From: Balanoglossus misakiensis
Lineage: Eukaryota; Animalia; Hemichordata
DNA length: 64,000 nt
Assembly (NCBI GenBank): GCA_040954595.2
Contig: CM082576.2
Span: 1,584,660-1,648,659, forward strand
Direction of reading: 5' to 3'
Part shown: positions 13,951 to 32,174 of the stretch, piece by piece
Position numbering within the stretch: the stretch's first letter is position 1
Layout: each line of letters opens with the position of its first letter
The notes under the pieces: model-generated
Database searches by the model: none
Seen by the model: the letters and a program-made list of their open reading frames with translations, nothing else
What the model was told of the DNA's origin: nothing
Translations under genes and position numbers: made by a program

Positions 13951-14230
13951 GATAACAGCAAGGGTTAGATCTTCACATCTCTTTCAAGGACCTCGTAAAC
14001 GAAACTGATCAGGAAGTAAAAGTTTAGTTTATTACTGACCTGGGCGTGACCTTACGTTCAATGATCTAATTGGATGTTTGAATGAACATCGAAGAAAATG
14101 CCAGTCTGCGCATGTGCATAGTAAATCAGCTGGAAGCCTCAGGTCGATCTTGTTGTGGTTGGCAGGAGTAGGCGTGACCGGTCCTTCTGATTGGAAATTC
14201 TCAACCAGTTAAAGATGTAAATGTAACATT
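13951..14230. promoter_or_regulatory. Bidirectional promoter region SELENON / AP5M1
   Basis: Only 280 bp separate the divergent ATGs (13950 minus, 14231 plus). Contains an ETS-like CAGGAAGT (~14010), an NRF1-like TGCGCATGTGCA (~14107) and inverted CCAAT boxes (ATTGG). Confidence 0.6.
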
Positions 14231-17200
14231 ATGAGCGTACGTGCTCTTTGGATTGTAAAGTCGACAGCAGGCGGTATCAAAGACACCAATATTTTGTTCA
14301 CCAGGTACTGTTGTTGTGTATGCTTGATTGGAACATAGGTGTGTGATATACTGTACATGTCATATGATCAGACACCTTACTTTAAATGTACAGTCCTAAG
14401 ATTCTTTAGGATCTGGAATAAAGTTGCAGAATCATTAATTATACAAATACAGGAATATATGCATTATTATATCTTTATCACAGGACATATCCCACTGTTG
14501 AGAAGAGAGCCAAAGATTTCAGCTGTGATGGCAAATATGTAGGTTTACCAGAAGATAAAGAGTTTTGTCATGCAGTCAACACAGAGCTTGGGTGTAATGT
14601 ACAAATTTCACAGGTATGAAAAAATGGACTATTAATTATTATATGCTTGTAACATATGAAAATAGTTGTATGAAGAAAATAAATATTAATCGAATTTTCT
14701 GCAACAATTTGTTGCAGTTTGTGAAGTCAAGGGACACATGTCAGAAAATACGAAGTCAACAAAAACCAGTTTATGAATTAACCACAGCAGAAGGTAAATT
14801 ATGGCCAGTTATAATTCTGGAACAGGTGAGTTTTGATATTTTGCTTATCAGTCATGTAGCTAATGTAACAAAAAGATTTTTCACAACAATATAAATGAGA
14901 ACATGATCATTGTGTAAATTTAAAGCACATTTTAGATCACTAATTTATAACTACATGTTTTCTTCAACAGCATGGATTATTATTTTGTTGTCTGCCATTA
15001 CTTGAAACAGGGAATGGGGAGAGACCATCACTTATTTCAATGTAAGTTATAGAATCTGGATCTTCTATGTGTCTGTACAGAGATATATCAAGTCTCTTTT
15101 GATCAAAGTATTCTACCATTTTCCATCAATCTAAATTATAATCTTGAGCAAGGTGTTTGATGTTTACTGGAATGTCTGATAATTTGTCTTCAATTTTTTT
15201 TTATGGACTAGACCAGGGATATCAATTGGGTTTACCCTATTGCTAAGCATATCTGATTTGCTTGGTCCACTTCCACATGATGTTGATCAGGTAAAGTTGT
15301 ATTTTCATTGTTCTCTATTGTACTAAATTCAGTTCAATGGTTATCACATGAAAACAAAATGTGTATACAGTTCTCAACTCAAAATATGTTCTGTTACATG
15401 TATATTGCTAAATTATAAAAAGAAACGAGTTTTCATCAAAGTAACATAACCAGTATGGGCAGTAATAAAACTTCATATCATTTACAAGATGGTACTTTTT
15501 CATCTCATGGCAGAATTCACCGAAATTCCAGGAATTAAATGATTATTTATGTTATGCTGTACCGTTTGGAACGCCATTAGATCTTGATACAACCACAGTC
15601 AAAGGAGCTTTAATGAGTAAACCCCTGCAACACATACAGGCACAAAAGGTAAAACAATTTCAGTTTCTGTACTGACCCTTTTTGCTTTGACTTTATCAAT
15701 TGTGTATATTGCTTCATGATAAAAAAGAAATGGGTTTTCTCAGTAATATTTTCTTATGCCTCCTTTAAATATAAAAGTGCTGGTTGGATTTGGGTTCTTA
15801 CAGCAACCAGCCTGGAAGCCAGTCTTGATGAAAGGAGGAAAATCCAAATTGCATTTTGGTATAACTGAATATATCCGTGCTGTTTTGTATGGTAATCAGG
15901 CCATCAGTAATGTATGGAATGTCTATGGCAATGTTACATGCAAGGTAAGACATTAGAAGCAAGCCTCATTTTTTCTCTTTTCTTTCAAATATTCCCCACT
16001 ACTTTGTCAACAGAGTTCATGCGTATCAATATAGCCTTTACTTGTCAGTTTTCTGCTTGTGTACACTAGGCAGAATTAGAAGGTGTACCAGATGTGACAG
16101 TTAATTTATCAGTGGCTGCCAATCACCCACAACTGGACAATCTCATCGTGCATCCATGTGTTAATACGGCAGATACGCAACCAAATACAGGTAGGAATCT
16201 TTCCAAACCATTATAAGGCCATATACATGTACAAGGCAACATCTGAGGTGTGTACATAAAGACATAAACAGTGTGTACATGTGTATTGTTCAGAAGATTT
16301 GTAATCATTTGATGAAATTCAAGCCATAATCTGACATATCGTGTATGTGTACACTGACAGACGTCAACTGAGTGGTTCATACATTGGAGGAAAAGCAACA
16401 TAAGCCATTTTTAATTGGTCTATCTACAGGTGGCATTCCAGTATCTGGGGGATCACCTGGTCCAAGAAGATTACGGTTTTCACCACCACTCGAAAACTTT
16501 ACTCTGTGTCACTACACATCATCACTTGTATCCAAATTACCCATTCAAGGATTCTATCAAATGAGGGGTGACAAGCAATCTGTGAAGATACTTGTACAAC
16601 TCAAATTGATGGAAAATATCAAGAACCAGTTTGATTACTGTGAATTACAAATTCCATTTCACAATAGGTAAGGAGACAGGGAACTTTCACAAGTTGGCTT
16701 TTGGCCTGAGATGCAAATAAATGTCAAGTAGTAAGAATCTATACAGGTATGTTTATCAAATATGTAACTTTTCTTTTACAGGGGCAACATTATTAACTTT
16801 GAATCAAGTGTTACAATTGGTACAGTGTATGTAGGACCAAAGCAACATCGGCTTGTCTGGAACATTGGACAAAGGTTCCCTGGTAGGAATCAGGAAGTTG
16901 AGCTCAATGCGACAGTCACCTTCAAAGACTACAATCCTTCTGACAAGATTGGTGTTTATGAAGATCCATTTTGTGTCGGATTGAATTCATATGCGAGGGT
17001 AGGTCTGAATGAGATGGGTTAATTCAAAACATTTGAGACTTTAATTGTTATTGACTATAAAGTCAATCAATCAATCTAGTGGATATGCAGTGTATCATGA
17101 CAGTGTCATGCATATATCATGGACTGTTATGAGACTGTTGTGTTCATTATCTCTCTTGTGTATATCTCATATTAATTTTTGTTTTCCCCAATTTTGCAGC

Positions 17201-17516
17201 TGTTTTTCAAGATTTCTGAGTACACATTGACTGGCTGTTTTGTTGATCAGAAGTCAATACAGATTTATCCCAGCATGAAATCTAGGCTCACTACAGGTTT
17301 GTTTACACTTTGAAAACTTTAGCACTTCCTTTTCAATACATAATTCACACTCATTATCATCATTGTCATCATCTGATGTGTTCATTTATTACTATTTCTA
17401 TAATTACCCTTTTCTCTACAGCAAGGGAGCTGATAGCATCTGATTGCAAAATATGGAATTCACATGGAGATTCTGTGGTATCATTCCCTCCACCCAAGTA
17501 TCTGTTGTCACAGTAA
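14231..17516 (+). CDS. AP5M1: AP-5 adaptor complex subunit mu-1, multi-exon
   Basis: MSVRALWIV...LFTR|TYPTVEKRAK...LPEDKEF, KLWPV, AVPFGTPLD, QPAWKP, VYGNVTCKAELEGVPDVTV, LIVHPCV, RFSPPLENFTLCHY, LPIQGFYQM, IPFHNRG, LVWNIGQRFP, EDPFCVG.NSYA, LTGC.VD, KIWNSHGD; TAA at 17514-17516. GT-AG junctions are in frame. Confidence 0.93.
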
Positions 17517-17993
17517 CATGCCAAAGGAAAGATGGAAATTTTGTGGAAGTTATTTCTACAGAGTACTATAGAAAGAGCAGTAAAGGAATTGAAGATGACC
17601 CAGTTAAGATAACCATGCAAAATCCATCTGTGGAGTACCATTTCCCTCTCTGAAGAAACAGGACAGCTGATCACTGAAAACAAAGGGAATAAAAGTTGAT
17701 GACATAAACGTTGAGGGCGTCTGGATAAAATTTGCAGTTCAGTTAAAATATCTTTTGTTTGCTATCTGTACTTTATTAATAAAGACAAATAAAATGTCCT
17801 GCAAATATTGACTTTGTAGACTTTTTTGTTGAATCAGGCTACAGTCAGTGTGATTCCTGCGCCTGTGAAGTAAAGTCTCTCGAACCCTAATCCGAACCCG
17901 AAAATGAATCCGAATCCTAGTCTATCTTCAGGGGCGGTCATTTCAAAAAAGTTTATTTCATTCAGCTGGCTGGTTCAGTGCAAGTGGAGTGCG

Positions 17994-20008
17994 ATGTCCT
18001 CGAAAGGCAGCAAGCTTCCGTTACCCGAAATAGTTACCAATCGACCCATGGTAACGCAACCATCAATCCAAGTCCCCAATACGGTAACTAAACCAACACC
18101 AAGTTTTCGGAAGGGGTCTACTGCCAGTACTGGTGAGAGCGAGAACTTGAAGAAGATTGGACGCCGGTTCAAAAAACTGGCCGACACGACATTCGATGGA
18201 ATAGCCAATGAAACCAACTTTAGAGCAAAGGGAGAACTGAAAATGACCAAAGCACGGTAAGTTTCTCTACATCTCTTTATCAGTCTTCACTTTTCGCTGT
18301 TAAAGTTGGGTGCATTGTGTCAACGTTACGTGCCAATGGTGATGTCATCACTACAGTAGTGTAAATTTATTTGCATCAATTATCAGATTAACTCCAATGG
18401 AACTAAATGCAGAGCTGGAAAAGCTAAAAGGAGAACTGCAGTGCCGCAATGAAGAAATGCATAAACTCACCAGCTTCAAGGAGAAGTACCCTAAGGAAAA
18501 AGTAAGCGTTAAATTCATCCACTCAAAATTCTGAAAGGTTTATAGGTGGCACATTTCAGTCTATGCAAGTCTTATAACTGACCAATCAATCTGTGTTATC
18601 TGTCCTTCAGGAGAAAAGCATAGAACATACCAAAGAAATAGAAGATTTGGAGAATGGGACAAAAAAGTTGGAACAGCATGCAGGTATGAACTCAGGAAAT
18701 AGCGTATGGTACCTGTTTAGTATGAAATGTATTATAACTTGCAGCAACTACTGAAACTATGTTAATTCTTTGATTCTACAGAGGAAGTGACACTTGAAGC
18801 TTCGCATCAGAGGGACAAAAGACGGGAACTTGAGAGAAGAATGTAAATTTACTTTTAATATATTGTAACAGATAGTTGAGACATTAGTGTGACACTTGTT
18901 CATTATCAGTTGGAATGGCTCAGTCTTGGTGACATGCAGTTTTGTTGGTACTTTCTTATACACAGTAAAGTGTATTTGTGTGGTGTGTCATGGATATCAA
19001 CATACTCCATAAACATAATTGATTTTTTGTGTTTTCTTTAATACTTCATATCTTTCAGAGATATGTACAGAGAGAAATTGCAGTCTCTTCATATTGATCC
19101 AGGTACATGATTAATTGTTCTAATGTCAGTTTATGGCAGAAATTCTCAGAATGTGTATAGCTGATTTAAATTTAAGTTGCATGCTAATTTGATGTATCAC
19201 TTCTGATCAAGTGGGAGCACAGTGTCATTGAAACTATTTTTCCGAGAGGTCTGGAGTTCATGGTGTCGCTGCACAAACCATAGCATAGCAATATATTGTA
19301 ATGGTGTGTTATTCTGACTACTGCTCTTACCCTAGATCATGTACTTGAAGAAGAGGCCAAACTTGAAGCTTTCCTGGTAATGTGCATTATTCTATATTAT
19401 GCTCAATTATTTTAATCAGTCACGATGACAGTCACAAATTACTAGTAGTCCAGTGTAATGATCAGTGATATTTATTTAGATATTTTTAAGTATGTTGGTA
19501 GGTTGATGTGTGTAACAGTACTTGTATAACTTTAATTCACAGCTTGAAGGTAAAGCTATAGATGTGGATGATCATACCAAAACAGCAGAATGCAATATTA
19601 AGATGATTAATGTAAGTTTCTGACAAAATATGGTTTTAATTGTTCATTCACACACTGGCACATTTATTGCTAACTATATAAAGAGAATTTTTGAATATTA
19701 AATATGTTTGGTGTCAGACAGTTACCATGGATTTTGCCCACCCACAATTCTCTCAAAAATAATATGATTCAATTCTGTTTAAAAAAATAGTGTTGATCCA
19801 ACAATTTGCAGTTTTCATAGTATGTTTCTGAAATTAGATTATTTAAAACATGGTTGTGTTGCAAAATGGGAATGTGATGGACAGAGTAACTTGCCAACAA
19901 TCACATACATGGACACATTCATGTATGCATTCCAGTTTTGACACTTTTTCTATAATGTCATTTCAGGAGATGAATGAATGGATTCTCACTGCCATAGAAG
20001 AGCTGTGA
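17994..20008 (+). CDS. Coiled-coil protein, tandem copy A (possible SKAP/KNSTRN-like kinetochore protein), 8 exons
   Basis: Exons approx 17994-18256, 18387-18501, 18611-18683, 18782-18842, 19059-19102, 19336-19376, 19543-19611 and 19967-20008. Basic disordered N-terminus starting MSSKGSKLPLP (SxLP motif), then a coiled coil ending LQSLHIDP, then ...KTAECNIKMINEMNEWILTAIEEL*. The gene model is supported by its paralogue; the family name is tentative. Confidence 0.75.
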
Positions 20009-20830
20009 GAATATATCTGCAATTGGAGACAGTCTATTTAAAACTTTGAAACACATTACTATTTTTATATATATTATTGTTTATATTTTTTGGAAAACTG
20101 AAATGTTATTTTGTTAGAAGATGCAGATAATATCTGCATACATAATAAAACAGGTTTCATCAATATTTGTTAGCTTGTTGCTAGGGTGATTGGAGTGATG
20201 GCATTGGCCAGTTTGATTTATTGGCCAGAACGTGGAAATAACTGAAGTCCAGACGAACATTCATCATAGCGAAAAACTAAGATTTGTTAAGGATGAGGTT
20301 GCTAGTTGATTATTTCCTGCTAAATATGCTAATTTTCCTGTTACCAAACTGTTGAATATACCCTAACCGTAACCCTAACATGTCAACAAACAAACGTGAC
20401 CATTTTTATAAACAAACAGACAGAAAAAACACACACACACACTAAAACACAGTGCCTATATCAATTTCCAGAATGACTTCCATTGATCACCCCACTACCG
20501 TTACGCGCGGCCGCCCCCGTTTCATAATGATTTGATCGGGTCAAATATGGTCAGATACGACAGATTGTATATTTCACTGTAGCCCAATCTATTTCTTTAC
20601 ATAAAATATTTTTTTTTAAACTGACTACATGTGTACATGTTCTAATGCCTCTGTCATATGAGAGTGTCCCATATCGAAAAAACAACAACCATATTTGGAG
20701 TTGCTTCATTAGCATAAGTACAGTTGGATAAAGGAGGGCGGTCAGTTCAAATTATTTTGTGTTGACAGTGTAGTGGCCGTGGTTCAACCTGAAGAAGAAG
20801 AAGATCGAACAGTGGACTTCGTTGAATGCG

Positions 20831-22745
20831 ATGTCCACGAAAGGCAGCTCACGTGGAAGAAATCCGTCCACCACCTCTTCGAGTGATGCCGTTGGTAGCA
20901 AAAGCAGACGACCTCCTCAGGTTATGCGACCATCTAATCAAGTCACAGATTCTCGACGCAGACCATACTTTCCAAAGGAATCTAATGTCGAGAACAAGAA
21001 GACGGGACTACGTAAAGCCCAAGCACTGAAAACGACCAAAACACGGTAAGAATGAGAAGGAATAGTCGCTGAGACACCTCTACTATCGGAATCGACACTG
21101 TTTTCCACAGGCGCCTGTGCTGTTTTCTGTAGCTGTGGTAACGCAGCTGTACTGGGGGGGGGGGGGGCAGGAAGTTTGGTACAAGGCCTCATTTTGGTGT
21201 TATCATTGATATTAATTGATATAAATTGCATATGTATTAAACAGGTTAACTCCAATGGAAATGAAAGTAGAGATGAAAAATCTACAAACTGAACTTCAGT
21301 GCCGCAATGAGGACATTAAATATCTTATCAGCTTCAAGGAGATGTACCTTAGGGAAAAAGTAAGTGCTTGGATAATATGTTCTGGTAATCTGTTCCAATT
21401 GGAAATAATACGTTGAGAAAAGAAATACAGCCCCCCCCCCCCCTATACAGATGATGATTTTTCCAATAGTTCATCGAAGTTCCCCTTGAATCTGTGATCT
21501 TTGAGTTATTCTCATGATGTGTTACAGTGCACTGTGTTATCTGTCCTGTAGGAGAAAACCAAAGAACAGTCTGAGGAAATAAAAGATTTGAAGAATGGGA
21601 TAATAAAGTTGGAACAGCATGCAGGTATGAATGAGACACATTGACTTGTTAGCAGAACAGATCTGTCCTTCCTTTGTTAATATGAGTCTGGATATACTCA
21701 AAAAATGTGGCTTTACTGGCAAAGAAATTGATCTATCCGTGTTAAGGCCAAAACAATTAAATGTGTGGTTCTGATAATCCATCACTTGCTGTAACTGTGA
21801 ATTCTTTGTTTGACTCTTTACAGAAAATATGATACTTGAAGCTAGACGAGAAGAAGACGAAATACAAGAACTTGAGAAGAGAATGTAATATATGCTATTT
21901 TGGCTACACTACACTTTCCTAGCCTGTATATGTATCATTTACATCAACATACTTTTGACATTTATCGTCCATAAACATGTGATTAAATGTTTGTTCATAC
22001 TTGTTACCTTTCAGAGATATATACAGAAAGAAATTACAGTCTCTTCATATTGATCCAGGTACATGACAGTTATTCTATTTGTATGCTTTTGTCTTTAGAG
22101 TCATACGTATTGGGGTAAGAGTTTGTGCAACACCCATTTCAGTGGTCCTTTTTTTTTGTTTATGCCAAAACAATTTTTGTTCTGATAGGTCTGGAGTACA
22201 TTGTGTCACTGCACAAACCTCAACATAGAAATTTTCTTTTCTGACTACTTGCAGTTACCCTTGATGAACTTTATACTTCTGAGGATGAGGCTGAACTTGA
22301 AAGAAAGAAACAAGCTATCCAGGTAAGTGCATTGATTTAATAATGCTCATAAAATGTCCAGAACAATTATTTTAACGGTTGTGATGACAATCACAAAGTA
22401 GTTTCACTTTAATAATGATCAGAACATGATTACACATGTGTATTGAGATATCGGAGAATGTTGGTATACATAGTGTGCAGTCTAGGAATCCTGTAAAATG
22501 TTTATCTTTGATTCACAGCTTGAAGCTGAAGCTTCCATAGATATGATGGATGATCATATCGAAACAGCAGAATGCAATATTGAGATGATTAATGTAAGTT
22601 TTTGACAAGACATGATTTGATTTGTTCATTCTCATTGCCAACAATTTGAAGGAAAGATTTGAAATTGTGTTACATCCAGTTTAACACTGTTTTTCCACTG
22701 TCATTTCAGGAAATGAATGAATGGATTCTGGCTGCCATAGAATAG
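20831..22745 (+). CDS. Coiled-coil protein, tandem copy B (possible SKAP/KNSTRN-like), 8 exons
   Basis: Same exon number and phases as copy A: MSTKGSSRGRNP...KTTKTR|LTPMEMKVEMKNLQTELQCRNEDI...|EKTKEQSEEIKDL...|...|DIYRKKLQSLHIDP|VTLDELYTSEDEAELERKKQAIQ|LEAEASIDMMDDHIETAECNIEMIN|EMNEWILAAIE*. Introns and 3'UTR are also alignable with copy A. Confidence 0.75.
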
Positions 22746-23186
22746 CTGTATTTCTGCAATTATAGGACTGGAAAAATTCCACAAAACATTATTAAAACAT
22801 AAATACTATTTTGATATATATAGTTGTTTATATTTTTTGAAAACTGAAATGTTATTTTGTTTGAAGATGCAGATATCTGCATAAATAATATAATAGGTTT
22901 CATCCAGATCTATTGCTTGGCTTATTTAAAGCATGATTACAGTGAGCGTGTTTAGTTTGGTGTGATCACATTGGTGATAATTAACTCAACAAATGAATGG
23001 AATGTAGCAAAATATAAGAATGGTAACACCACTATATGTACATACATTGTAGCTAAGCAACTGGTGGGGCGTGGGCAAGTGAGGGCGCTACGTGACTTTC
23101 TTTCAGCAAGTTAGGGGATGCGCTAATGACCTCTGACATGACCACTCGACAAGCCAGCTGCGCTGCGGTCCTTCGCGATCTCGACG

Positions 23187-25532
<2,346 letters not shown>

Positions 25533-26199
25533 CACATCATGTGAACAACCAGTGAGCCATTTGTGACCCTCTCCATGGCAACAATCCAAGGAATCGGATG
25601 TAGTCTGTCACCGTCTACATGGTTCTTCCAGTCAGTGACAGAGGGCACATGATCAAAGTTGCAAACTATTGTTGCTGTCAATGTTCTTTCAAGCTGACAG
25701 TATACTATGTGCCATGGTCAGACGATTCTTACACAACAATGGCATTCTATGTTATGTATTGGGTCAAAGCCCCATGCACCAGTCTTTCAGAACTGCAAGA
25801 ACTGCTTCGTGCTGGGTGTTGCAAAACATAGGATGTCGTGTCGTATTTTGCCTGAAAACGGTAACTACTCTTGATTGATAATAAACACAAGTGGAAGGCA
25901 TAAATAAATCCAAAGTTAAGCATCAACTTTTATTTCATTATTAAATGTACTGGGAAATAAATTACACATTCTTTTTTTTATTGCAAAAATGCATTTCTTG
26001 ATGAAATAAAGGTCTGCTTGTCTGTTCCAAACTGTCCGACTTTCCTAACATTCCATACGATTCAGTAGGAAAGTTTTATGTATGAGAATAAATAAAATTA
26101 ATTCCGGACAAAAATGTGTTGACATTGTCCAATTGTTTATCTGCCTCGGACTGGTATGCTTAATATTCTATTATTTACAAGTAGTCAAATCCATATGAC

Positions 26200-27591
26200 T
26201 CATGTAGAGGCCGACTTCTTATCTGTTCCCATATCTGGGATGTAGGATGTCGTGTGATTCACTGTTTCCAGTTTAATATCATCTCTAATAACATCTTTAA
26301 CTCTCCTCTGAGCAAGTCTCTTCTTAGCTCTGTCATATCTGCAGTATACCCTGATGAAACAAACAAAAGCAGGAATCTCAAAACTGACAGGTAACAATCT
26401 ATAACATGTACTGCTAGTGTCACTACATAGTATGAACAAATCCAGGATGTTGTTACAGCTCTCTCTTGAGCAATGAATACATCAAATGATTTTTCTTATG
26501 TAAGGTTGGGTGCATGGTTTTTATAAAGAAAACAGTTTAGCAAAAAAAGAGATCAGAATCAGTTCAACTTTCTCTTACCATGTTCCAAGAGTAATGGTTG
26601 CAAATGAAAAGACTGCAATATCAGCAGATCTTTTGACTCGACCTGATGAAAAATAAATATAAAAGTTAGAATTATATACACATTAATTTTAATTTACATG
26701 TTCAAGCCCCTGGTCTTGAACCAACAGAACTAGATCACTTTATATTAACCCGATTGTAAATGTCTGATGCTAAATTTTATAAAATTCATATGGCATTAGT
26801 AGGGATGGAATGTAGCATATTTTGTTTCAATGATTGGCCGTACTAGAAAATAGTGTGGTGAAATGAAACTTCATTATGACTTAGCTGCCCTGGTAAATCA
26901 GAACGTTTGGCAGGGTATACTTACTAGAATACATGAAATGTGCAAGCCCCAAAGTAAAACCACCTCCAATACCAGTCAGAAAGGCTGTTCGAGTGCATGG
27001 TGTTCTAAAAACAAAAAATCTCTGAAAGAAGAAAATGAACCACTGGATTATTATTTTGACATAGCAAAGTTAAAAACATACAACAATGGGGAGAACCTGG
27101 TTATGGACACCAGGTACAACATGTATCGCTACTTAGTAGTGGTTCAAGATGACCCTATTGTCATTTTTTTCTAATTTTGATGTCATATTCTGGCTTGCCC
27201 AGTCTGGTGCAAAGGTGAAGCGCCCTCTAGCACTACAGTGCTGCCCTTGTATGTGTGAGTTGCATGTGAATGCAGGTGTGAATGGGAATAGCAGTTATGT
27301 AAACAATGTATTGTCAACTGAGGACAGTCAGTCTTGCACCATGGCACCTGTAGTAGTGCATGGGCAAGATCCCTGTGGATTCACATCCCTTGCTGCAGTC
27401 ATATACATTACTCGCGGGTTTGTCAGATCACAGTCACTTGAGCACTGTGTTGGGCTCAGAGTCCAAATCCAAATCTGCTCAACAAAATTATTTACACCAT
27501 GATCATATTATGTGAAATCATAAGTCATGCCGACATAAACACACAAATATCATACCTCTTCGTTCCTACCATCGATTTCCGTTTCTGCCAT
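26200..27591 (-). CDS. COX20: Cytochrome c oxidase assembly factor COX20, 4 exons
   Basis: Exons approx 27556-27591, 26925-27021, 26579-26642 and 26200-26350 give MAETEIDGRNEE|RFFVFRTPCTRTAFLTGIGGGFTLGLAHFMYS|SRVKRSADIAVFSFATITLGTW|VYCRYDRAKKRLAQRR... This fits the family pattern PC.R...G...G..HF..SR..RS.D....F...TLG.W..CRY..AK. Confidence 0.88.
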
Positions 27592-28039
27592 ATTTATTCT
27601 CTGCTAATCTTGGCTGTACGGTGTCAAGTGTTACATGTAAATCAAGAACCAACGCAGCTGCGCGTTGCACATGGTCTTGTTACGTACGTGTGATGTGCAG
27701 CTTGTAACCGCCTCACGCAAAATGATGTGGCGTCCTCTCTAAAGTAGTCCGAACATGAAAACGAGATTTTAGAAGGTTGAACCATAAAGCGTTCACATCC
27801 AAAGTGCGTGATTTTATGAGTTAATTAATACTGGAGATAACATAAAAATTCTACACGGCAGAAATTCAATACAAGTTACTCTATATATGTAACGCGGACT
27901 GATTGAATGTCTGTAAATGTGTAGTTAGGCGCCAGCCGGACTTGTTCAGGGTTCATCGCTGGGCAGACGACGTTGATTGTGGAAGCTCTCCAAACGTGTC
28001 AGATTTGAAGAACAATTGCACGTATTTCATATTGTTAAA
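27592..28039. promoter_or_regulatory. Bidirectional promoter region COX20 / MDH1
   Basis: About 450 bp between divergent start codons (27591 minus, 28040 plus); locally richer in CpG than the flanking introns. Confidence 0.55.
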
Positions 28040-31093
<3,054 letters not shown>

Positions 31094-31232
31094 ATTATCC
31101 AAATGATGTCATCCGAGTGCCATTTCATGTACAGCCAGCAAAGCTTGCATTTAGTGATGTTAGTTTTATAGAAAGATTGAAGCATGTAATAACTGTGTGG
31201 TGGTTGGACCAGCAAGAATTTTAATACAACTA

Positions 31233-32174
31233 CCGTATATTCTCACAAATAAGCGCCACCCTTGATTAGGCGCCAGTGATACCTGACTTTGCTACTTTTT
31301 ACTTAAAATTAAGCGCCAGGAATTTTTTTTTTTTTTTTTGAGGTGTGGACGTACGTGAATCATGGCAAGTACTACCGGGGTAACACCTGTTTAGAGGTCT
31401 TGTCAAAATCAACGGGGGCTTGCTGCGTGAATAACAATTGACCTGAGCAGACAATGCATGCTTTGGGCTGATGTGCTATTTATTTACAAGATGAAATCGG
31501 GCACATGTCAACCTCCTAATTTATGTAAATTATTATTCACTGCAAAAGACACAGGTGCCGGGCGTCTAGACACTCGTCTTTTTCCTGTCGATCGATCGGC
31601 AGCCGCTTACGTTACCGGCACTACCACCCAAGTTTGACCATATGGCCAGGGCTTTGAAATAATAGGACTAGTTTCAAGTTGTGAATGTTTGCGGTATTAA
31701 TTTTCTCATGAATATTCACGCAACGTGAGTATTCACGCAACCTTGCCTGACCTTACATGTGTGAGAGCATGACAAAGACGCACTTGGACTAAACCACTAT
31801 ACGTCAGTAGATTTTGTTGATGGTTCAGCCAGCATACTGTAATGCTGCTCGTAGTATTCACTTCGTTGACAACTTTTTATTTCTGGAATATTTATTAGAC
31901 AATACATTGAACTGACTGTATTCGAATAGAAAATGTTAAAACTTTACATATGAATTCGAAACAGCCATTCATTGATTGCGGACACCCCCTTACGAGAACA
32001 CTGATTGGAACGTCCCAAATCATTTGCATATGAATCAACAGGGTACAGTACAGTATACAGGGCGACCCATGAATAAGCGCCACCGATTCTTGAAAGACTC
32101 ATTTTTGCCTTTGTTTAGGCGCCACCAAAATTTGAAATGGTTAAAAAGTGGCGCTTATTTGTGAGAATATACGG
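31233..32174. mobile_element. Non-autonomous Tc1/mariner-superfamily (Tc2/pogo-like) DNA transposon
   Basis: Perfect 27-bp terminal inverted repeats CCGTATATTCTCACAAATAAGCGCCAC (31233-31259 and 32148-32174), flanked by TA on both sides. Subterminal AAGCGCCA/AGGCGCCA repeats; no transposase ORF. Confidence 0.9.

Noticed and set aside
19228-19292. Intronic block conserved between the tandem paralogues (also ~22187-22230) as a snoRNA or extra exon
   Set aside because: Reading it as an exon hits stop codons in both copies, there are no clear C/D or H/ACA boxes, and the similarity is explained by the duplication.
20361-20379. Telomere-like CCCTAA motifs (also ~17881-17920)
   Set aside because: Only two to three degenerate units; not enough to call an interstitial telomere.
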